NCBI GenBank assembly: GCA_041690355.1
Contig: JAWLHK010000001.1
Coordinates: forward strand, 1-64,000
From: a bacterium
GTDB lineage: Bacteria; J088; JAWLBW01
Direction: 5' to 3'
Length of the DNA: 64,000 nucleotides
The number at the start of each line of letters is the position of its first letter. Within the stretch, counting starts at the first letter, position 1. This document shows positions 57,861-64,000 of the stretch, one piece after another. Below the pieces are notes generated by a model. The model was not told the origin of the DNA. It made no database searches and saw only the letters and a list, made by a program, of their open reading frames with translations. The translations under genes and the position numbers were made by a program.

Positions 57861-59261
57861 ATGCTAAAGCGGCACGGCGAAACATTGCGGCTCGGCCTCA
57901 TGGCATGGGAAGCCGTGCTCGCGGCCGGTGTCTGGGAAGGGACGTACTGGCTGCGCTTCTACTCGGGCGCCTTTGCCGTGAGCGAAGGCATCCCGCCGCA
58001 CAGTTTCTACCGCCTGGCCGCGCCGATGGTGGCGCTGACCTTCCACCTGATCTTCCGCCGCTTCGGCCTCTATTCCCCATGGCGCACGCGCGGCATGGTC
58101 GACGAAACCATCGTCCTGGGCAAGGCTTTCGCGCTGGCGGGGCTCGTCCTCGGCGGGCTGTCCTACGCCTACCACGAGCTGCTGCTCTCGCGTCTGTTCC
58201 TGCTCGTCTTTCTCGCCGTGTTCCTTACCGGCGTTCTGGCGACGCGCATCGGCGTGCGCACGGCGCTGCGCATGCTGCGGACGCGCGGATACAACCTGCG
58301 CCACTGCCTCATCGTCGGCGACGGCGCCCAGGCTCGGGATCTGGCCGAACGGCTGCGGCAGCAGGCGTGGCTCGGCCTGCACGTTGCCGGTATCCTCGGC
58401 TCCCCCGCACCCCTCACGGTTGCCGCGGGGACAGGGCCTCGCACGGACGGTGCCGCGGATCTGGCCAGCATGCTCCGCGACCAGGACATCGATCAGATCT
58501 TTCTCGTGCTCGCGCCGACCGATCCCGGCTTTGCCTCCGTAATTGAAACAGCCAATACCGAAGGTATTCCGGTCACCGTCGCTCCCGATCCGAAGGTCTT
58601 CGGTCCGCTGTTGCACGCACGCGCCGAGTCCCTGGCGGGCATTCCGGTCTATACGCTCATCGACTCCCCCATCTTCGGCGCGGGCGCCATCGTCAAGCGG
58701 GCGTTCGATGTCGTCTTCAGCCTGTTCGTTCTGCTGCTGCTGTCGCCGCTGCTGCTGCTGCTGGCCGTCGGCGTGAAGCTGTCGTCACCCGGCCCCGTCT
58801 TCTACCGGCAGGAGCGCGTGGGCCTGGATGGCGAGCGGTTCGCCATGCTGAAGTTCCGCACCATGCCGGTGGATGCGGAACAGACGACGGGGCCGGTCTG
58901 GAACCGGAAGGGGGCGGCGCGCGCGACCCCCTTCGGCGCGCTGCTGCGCCACACGTCGCTCGACGAGCTCCCCCAGTTCCTCAACGTCCTGCGCGGCGAC
59001 ATGTCGGTCGTGGGTCCCCGCCCCGAGCGTCCGTACTTCATCGAACAGTTCAAGCACGAGATCCGGCTCTACAACGTGCGCCATCGCGTCAAGGCCGGAA
59101 TCACGGGGTGGGCGCAGGTGAACGGTTGGCGCGGCGACACGTCGCTCGAGAAGCGGATCGAATTCGATCTCGACTACCTGCGCAACTGGTCGCTGTGGCT
59201 CGACCTGAAGATCGTGCTGCTGACGGTCTTCCGGGGTTTCTGGCACGAAAACGCGGGCTGA
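57861..59261 (+). CDS. wcaJ: Undecaprenyl-phosphate glucose phosphotransferase (WcaJ-like)
   Basis: KRAFD, KFRTM, SLDELPQFLNVLRGDMSVVGPRPER, GITGWAQVNGWRGD. Confidence 0.93.
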   Translation: MLKRHGETLRLGLMAWEAVLAAGVWEGTYWLRFYSGAFAVSEGIPPHSFYRLAAPMVALTFHLIFRRFGLYSPWRTRGMVDETIVLGKAFALAGLVLGGLSYAYHELLLSRLFLLVFLAVFLTGVLATRIGVRTALRMLRTRGYNLRHCLIVGDGAQARDLAERLRQQAWLGLHVAGILGSPAPLTVAAGTGPRTDGAADLASMLRDQDIDQIFLVLAPTDPGFASVIETANTEGIPVTVAPDPKVFGPLLHARAESLAGIPVYTLIDSPIFGAGAIVKRAFDVVFSLFVLLLLSPLLLLLAVGVKLSSPGPVFYRQERVGLDGERFAMLKFRTMPVDAEQTTGPVWNRKGAARATPFGALLRHTSLDELPQFLNVLRGDMSVVGPRPERPYFIEQFKHEIRLYNVRHRVKAGITGWAQVNGWRGDTSLEKRIEFDLDYLRNWSLWLDLKIVLLTVFRGFWHENAG

Positions 59262-59297
59262 CGTGCCCCTCGCGCGGCCCGGTTCACCCGGACCGAC

Positions 59298-60560
59298 TCA
59301 AGTGGGAACGACGTTGCCGCCCAGGTAGACCTCGACATACCGATCGACGACGGCCTCGATCCCGAATTCATGCTCGCAGCGTCTGCGCGCGTTCTTCCCC
59401 CACTCCACGGCGTTCTGCACGCAGAGCCGCAAGCTTTCGGCCAGGGCGTCGAGGTCGTACGGCTCGGCGAGATGGCCGCTCACGCCGCTCTCCACCAGAT
59501 CGGGCAGGCCGCCGATGTGGAACGCCGCTGTCGCTCTGCCGCAGGCCATGGCCTCAAGCACAGTGTTCGGCAGATTGTCTTCGCGCGAAGGGGCCAGAAA
59601 GACGTCGGCCGCCGCAAAAGCAGTGCGCAACCCCGCGGGATCCAGGTGGCCGAGGCGAAACACGGGGAACGGCAGAGGGGGAATCAGATCGTCCGGTCGG
59701 TCGCCGAAGATGGCCACGGCGATGCCGTCCTGCGCGAGCCGGGCCAGCGCCGCGAACCCTTCCCGGGCCCCCTTGCGCGGATCCTGCGTCAGACCGTTGG
59801 CGCCGAGCAGCACGATGGGCCCCTTCGGGGGAAGGGCCAGGCGCATGCGCGCTTCCAGCTGGTCGCCGCCGGGGCGCCACTCGTCCAGTTCGATGCCGTT
59901 GGGTATCGTGCCCACGGCGGCCTCGCGGAACAGCGCGCTGCGCCTCGCCTCACCGGCGAGCCAGGCGCTGGGGGCAACCAGCCGCATAGCGGTATCGCGC
60001 CACTCTCGTTGCTTGCGCCGGAAGACCCATCGCGTCAGATCGCGTTCCCCTTTCGAACCGAGCTGTGGACAGGCGCCGCACGCCTGCTCGAACCGGCGGC
60101 ATGCGCCGGCGTAATGGCAGCCGCCGGTGAACGGCCACATGTCATGCAGCGTCCACACGATGGGGCGCCGGATCTTGGCCAGGGTCTCAATGCGCACGAA
60201 TCCATCGTTCACCCAGTGCAGATGGACATGGGTCGGCGCCAGCGCTTCGACCCGCTTCGCGATTCCATCGGGCAGCATGGCCAGCGAGAAAGGGAACGGC
60301 CGGCGGGGATACAGGCGCAGGGGCGCGCGCTCGAGCTTCTTGCGAAGGAGCATACGCCGATCGAGCCGCCCGCTGCCGGCCGCGTGCACACTCGGATCGC
60401 CGGTCTGCGCGCGCATCACGAGCCACTGCGAATCGACCCCCGCGTGCAGCAGCCCCCGGTGCAGCCGATCGACCGCGATCATGGCGCCGCCGCCGAGATC
60501 GCTCTCGATCAGATGCAGCACGCGCAGCCCGTGATGTACATGTCTTCCTTGGGTTCCCAT
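59298..60560 (-). CDS. GT4 glycosyltransferase (WcaC-like); alternative GTG start at 60626
   Basis: HLHW, WTLHDMWPFTGGCHY, DNLPNTVLEAMACG. Confidence 0.92.
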   Translation of the reverse strand: MGTQGRHVHHGLRVLHLIESDLGGGAMIAVDRLHRGLLHAGVDSQWLVMRAQTGDPSVHAAGSGRLDRRMLLRKKLERAPLRLYPRRPFPFSLAMLPDGIAKRVEALAPTHVHLHWVNDGFVRIETLAKIRRPIVWTLHDMWPFTGGCHYAGACRRFEQACGACPQLGSKGERDLTRWVFRRKQREWRDTAMRLVAPSAWLAGEARRSALFREAAVGTIPNGIELDEWRPGGDQLEARMRLALPPKGPIVLLGANGLTQDPRKGAREGFAALARLAQDGIAVAIFGDRPDDLIPPLPFPVFRLGHLDPAGLRTAFAAADVFLAPSREDNLPNTVLEAMACGRATAAFHIGGLPDLVESGVSGHLAEPYDLDALAESLRLCVQNAVEWGKNARRRCEHEFGIEAVVDRYVEVYLGGNVVPT

Positions 60561-60693
60561 GGCCGGCTGACTCTTCTCTCCCGGCGCCTCCTCTTCTTGC
60601 GTTCCTTGCGGCGTGAGGGGGCGCACGGGCCCATTGTACCGGCGTCCCGGCGCACTTACCATCGCCGACATACGGCAGGTATACTGTGGTGTC

Positions 60694-61653
60694 ATGCTGC
60701 AAGAGCCGACCAGCGCCGGCACGACCGGGCGCGCTCCCGCCATCCCTGCGGTCGCGCTCCTGATCTACAACCGGCCCCGCCACACCGCGCGGGTCATCGA
60801 GGCCCTGCGCGTCGTGGCCCCCCCGACGCTCTTCCTTATCGGCGACGGCCCCCGGCCCGGCGCCGAGGGTCGGGTCGCCGAAGCGCGCGAGGCCCTACGC
60901 GCCGTCGACTGGCCCTGCGTGATCCGGTCGAACCTGGCTTCCGAAAACCTGGGTTGCGCGACGCGCGTCTCCTCGGGGCTCGACTGGCTCTTTTCGCAGA
61001 CCGACCGGGCCATCATTCTCGAAGATGACTGCGTCCCCGATCCGAGCTTCTTCCGCTACTGCGCCGAGCTGCTCGAACGCTATGCCGACGACGAGCGCAT
61101 TATGGCGATCTCGGGGAACAACTTCCAGCGCCGCGCGCCGCGCACCGAGGCGAGCTACTACTTCTCCCGCTATCCGCACTGCTGGGGGTGGGCGACGTGG
61201 CGGCGCGCCTGGTCGCACTACGACCACGCCATGGCCGCCTGGCCCGCGGTGCGCGATCAGGGCTGGCTGCAGGACATTCTCGGCAATGCCGCCGCCGTGC
61301 GCTACTGGGCGAACATCTTCGACCGCACGGCCGCCGGTGAAATCGACTCCTGGGCGTACCGGTGGACGCTCGCCTGCTGGCTTCAAGGGGGGCTCACGAC
61401 GCTCCCCGCCGTAAACCTGGTCAAGAACATCGGCTTCGGCGACGAGGCGACCCACACGCGGGGGAGCGAGGAAACGCCGGAATCGGGCGCCCTCTCCTTT
61501 CCCCTGCGCCATCCGCCCTTTGTGATTCGGGATGCACAGGCCGACGACTGGAGTGAGCGCGAGCACTTCCGCAGCATCCCCCCCGCGTTGCCCGAGCGCA
61601 TCCTGCGCAAGGCGCGCCGGCTCGCCGCGCGGCTCCGGAGCGGGGCGGAATGA
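60694..61653 (+). CDS. GT-A fold glycosyltransferase (HlpA-like)
   Basis: YNRP, IILEDDC, WGWATWRRAW, NLVKNIGFG. Confidence 0.9.
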   Translation: MLQEPTSAGTTGRAPAIPAVALLIYNRPRHTARVIEALRVVAPPTLFLIGDGPRPGAEGRVAEAREALRAVDWPCVIRSNLASENLGCATRVSSGLDWLFSQTDRAIILEDDCVPDPSFFRYCAELLERYADDERIMAISGNNFQRRAPRTEASYYFSRYPHCWGWATWRRAWSHYDHAMAAWPAVRDQGWLQDILGNAAAVRYWANIFDRTAAGEIDSWAYRWTLACWLQGGLTTLPAVNLVKNIGFGDEATHTRGSEETPESGALSFPLRHPPFVIRDAQADDWSEREHFRSIPPALPERILRKARRLAARLRSGAE

Positions 61654-62993
61654 GCGCGGCGCCCATCGCTCCGGGTGCGCGGGAAGCGGCCGCGAGCCGG
61701 CGCATCTCGGGCCCCACCTGGCTGCTCGTCGATCAGATCGTCCGCATGGCGCTCGGACTCACCCTCGGCATCTGGATCGCGCGCCATCTGGGACCGCACG
61801 ACTACGGGCTGCTCAGCTTTGCCGGGTCGGTGACCTCCATCGCGATCGGCATGGCACCGCTCGGGCTCGAGTCGATCGTCGTTCGCGATCTCGTCACCCA
61901 CGAGCCGCACGAGCAATCCGCGATTCTCCGGACCGCCATCGCCCTGCGCCTGCTGGCGGCAGCCCTGCTCTACGGCCTTCCCATCGCACTTGCGTTCGCG
62001 GCCGGCATCCCCGGCGCCCCCGCCATGGCCTCCGTGATGGCGCTTGCCATTCCGATTCAGGCCTCGGCCGGCGGCGAATGGCTGCTCCAGGCGCGAGGGA
62101 AGTTCGGCGCTGTGACCCTCGGCCGCACCGGGGGCGCCGTCGCAGCCGCGCTGCTTCGCATCGGGCTGATCCTCGGCGGCGCATCGGTCATGGGCTTTGC
62201 CTCGGCCTATGTCGCCGAAACGCTGACCGCCGCCGTCCTGATCGTCTTCGCGATGCGCCAAATTCCGGACGTCCGCTGGTCTCCCCGTCTCGATTTCGTC
62301 ATTGCCCGGCGGCTGCTCGCCCAGAGCTGGCCTATTCTCCTATCGGGCGTCGCGGTCTTCGTCTATCTGAAGACCGATCAGATCATGCTCGGCTGGATGC
62401 TCGGCCCCGAAGCCGTCGGCGTCTATACCACCGCGCTGCGCCTGGCTGAACCCTGGCAGGCACTGTGGGTCGTCATCCCGGTCGCCCTGTTCCCCGCCCT
62501 GGCCCGGCTGCAGACCGGGGCGCAACGACTCGAGGCCATGCAGAAGCAGCTCGACGTACTGTTCGTTCTCTCCGCCTGCGTCGCATTGCCGACGACGCTT
62601 CTGGCGGATACGATCATCGGCATCGTCTTCGGATCGCAATATGCCGCGGCGGGCCCGATGCTCGCCGTGCTGGCCTGGAGTCCCGTGTTCGCGGCGCTGG
62701 GCGCCGCCAGCGGCCGCTGGATGGTTCTCGAGAATCTCAACCGGCATGTGTTTTCGCGCACCCTGCTCGGAGCCCTTTTGAACGTCGCGCTCAACATTCT
62801 GCTCATTCCCCGCTTCGGCGGAATCGGCGCGGCCTGGGCCTCGCTGGCGGCCCAGGTGCTCGCGGCCTGGCTGTTCGATGCGTTCGTACCCGCGACGCGC
62901 CCGATGTTCCGCGTGAAGTCGCGCACGTTCTTTCTGCTGGCCCCGACCCTGCGGCATTCGCTCGGGGCGCGCCTGGCCGGGAGGCTTTCATGA
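61650..62993 (+). CDS. wzx: Wzx polysaccharide flippase
   Basis: ARHLGPHDYG, DQIMLG, VGVY, LNILLIPRFG; multi-TM. Confidence 0.9.
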   Translation: MSAAPIAPGAREAAASRRISGPTWLLVDQIVRMALGLTLGIWIARHLGPHDYGLLSFAGSVTSIAIGMAPLGLESIVVRDLVTHEPHEQSAILRTAIALRLLAAALLYGLPIALAFAAGIPGAPAMASVMALAIPIQASAGGEWLLQARGKFGAVTLGRTGGAVAAALLRIGLILGGASVMGFASAYVAETLTAAVLIVFAMRQIPDVRWSPRLDFVIARRLLAQSWPILLSGVAVFVYLKTDQIMLGWMLGPEAVGVYTTALRLAEPWQALWVVIPVALFPALARLQTGAQRLEAMQKQLDVLFVLSACVALPTTLLADTIIGIVFGSQYAAAGPMLAVLAWSPVFAALGAASGRWMVLENLNRHVFSRTLLGALLNVALNILLIPRFGGIGAAWASLAAQVLAAWLFDAFVPATRPMFRVKSRTFFLLAPTLRHSLGARLAGRLS

Positions 62994-63805
62994 GCCTGCG
63001 CGATCGGTTTCTCGACACCTATGGGCGACTGCTCGGGTGGCCGGCCCTCTACCGCGCCCACGTGTTTCTGCTCGACGTCGCTTTGCGCGGCGTGGGCGTG
63101 CTGAATTACCGGAACATGCGCGCCACCGGAGAGTTCAGCTTTCTGCAGAGCCTGCTCGGCGGGCTCGAGCGGCCGCTGGTGCTCGATGTCGGCGCGCACC
63201 GCGGCGGCTATGCCGAAACGGTCCTGGGCCTGGCCCCGCAAGCCCACGTCGTGGCCTTCGAACCGCATCCGGAGTCCTTTCCGAAACTCGAGATCGCCGC
63301 GCGCCGCTTCGGGTTCACCGCGGTGCACGCCGCCTGCAGCGACGTGAACGGCACGGCGCAGCTCTTCGACTATGCCGGCCGCGAGGGAAGCTCGCATGCC
63401 TCGCTGCATCGCGGGGCCATCGCCTCGCTGCGCGGCGCCGCTACGGTGCCTCACTCGGTGACGACCCTGCGCCTCGACGATTACTGCCGCGAGCAAGGCA
63501 TTGGCCGCATCGACCTGCTGAAGATCGATACGGAGGGGAACGAGCTCGCCGTCCTGCGCGGCGCAGAACGGCTGCTGCGCGCCGGGGCGATCGACCGCGT
63601 GCAGCTCGAGTTCACCGAAATCAATGCGCTGAACCGGATCTTTCTCGCCGACATCGCGGCCGCGCTGCCCGGCTACGATCTGTACCGCATGCTTCCGCAC
63701 GGACTGGCGCCGCTGGGGGCTTACGCGCCCCGCCTCCACGAAATCTTCGCTTACCAGAACCTGGTCGCCGTGCGCACCGGCCTCGACGCGAAAGGAGCGC
63801 GCTGA
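62990..63805 (+). CDS. FkbM family methyltransferase
   Basis: LDVGAHRG, AFEP, LLKIDTEGNE. Confidence 0.92.
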   Translation: MSLRDRFLDTYGRLLGWPALYRAHVFLLDVALRGVGVLNYRNMRATGEFSFLQSLLGGLERPLVLDVGAHRGGYAETVLGLAPQAHVVAFEPHPESFPKLEIAARRFGFTAVHAACSDVNGTAQLFDYAGREGSSHASLHRGAIASLRGAATVPHSVTTLRLDDYCREQGIGRIDLLKIDTEGNELAVLRGAERLLRAGAIDRVQLEFTEINALNRIFLADIAAALPGYDLYRMLPHGLAPLGAYAPRLHEIFAYQNLVAVRTGLDAKGAR

Positions 63806-63807
63806 CC

Positions 63808-64000
63808 ATGCCGGCAGCAGAAAACGTGCTCGAGAGCCTGCGCCGCACCTACCGGACTCTGCGCCTGCGGACGGGGAACGACGAGGAACGGACGCTGGCC
63901 AGGATCGAGGCTTCCCTGCGGGGGCGTTCCCGGTACCAGCCGGGGACGATACGAGTCGACGGCGCCCCGCTCCACTTCACGGATGCCGCCTCGCTCCTTT
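63808..64000 (+). CDS. 5' part of a CDS running off the window (possibly another FkbM-type methyltransferase)
   Basis: Open frame MPAAENVLESLRR...RYQPG...FTDAASLL from ATG 63808, AAGGAG upstream. Confidence 0.55.
   Translation, partial: MPAAENVLESLRRTYRTLRLRTGNDEERTLARIEASLRGRSRYQPGTIRVDGAPLHFTDAASLL

Overview
High-GC bacterial chromosomal segment. The MYXO-CTERM-like tail, AgmX/PglI-like domain and Geobacter/Myxococcus-style ribF-aroE-pilB-pilT synteny suggest a Deltaproteobacteria/Myxococcota-like host (inference). Layout: (1) 1-9.9 kb is an accessory island with an orphan HigA-like antitoxin whose toxin appears deleted, about 8 unrelated predicted lipoproteins (two form a diversified tandem duplicate) and modular palindromic repeats. 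(2) 9.9-25.7 kb holds metabolic and stress genes: NUDIX, dipeptidase, DUF2804, thioesterase, a direct-repeat-flanked surface-protein+LuxR pair, Ku-LigD, Ndh, SRPBCC, AI-2E. (3) lptF/lptG, ribF, aroE. (4) 30-55 kb is a rearranged type IVa pilus locus: pilB-pilT-pilS-pilR on +, converging on pilC, two pilA paralogs (sigma-54 promoter), pilH/I/G-like ABC genes, a TMTC-like GT-C/TPR protein, a degenerate PAP2-like protein, fimU-pilV-pilW-pilX and a 2204-aa PilY1 carrying five CARDB-like domains. (5) 55-64 kb is a surface-polysaccharide cluster. I saw no rRNA, tRNA, CRISPR array, integrase or transposase. The best candidates for something undescribed are the TMTC-like transferase/CARDB-PilY1/dual-pilin module and the repeat-delimited lipoprotein island. 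All family calls come from motif recognition by eye, not database searches.
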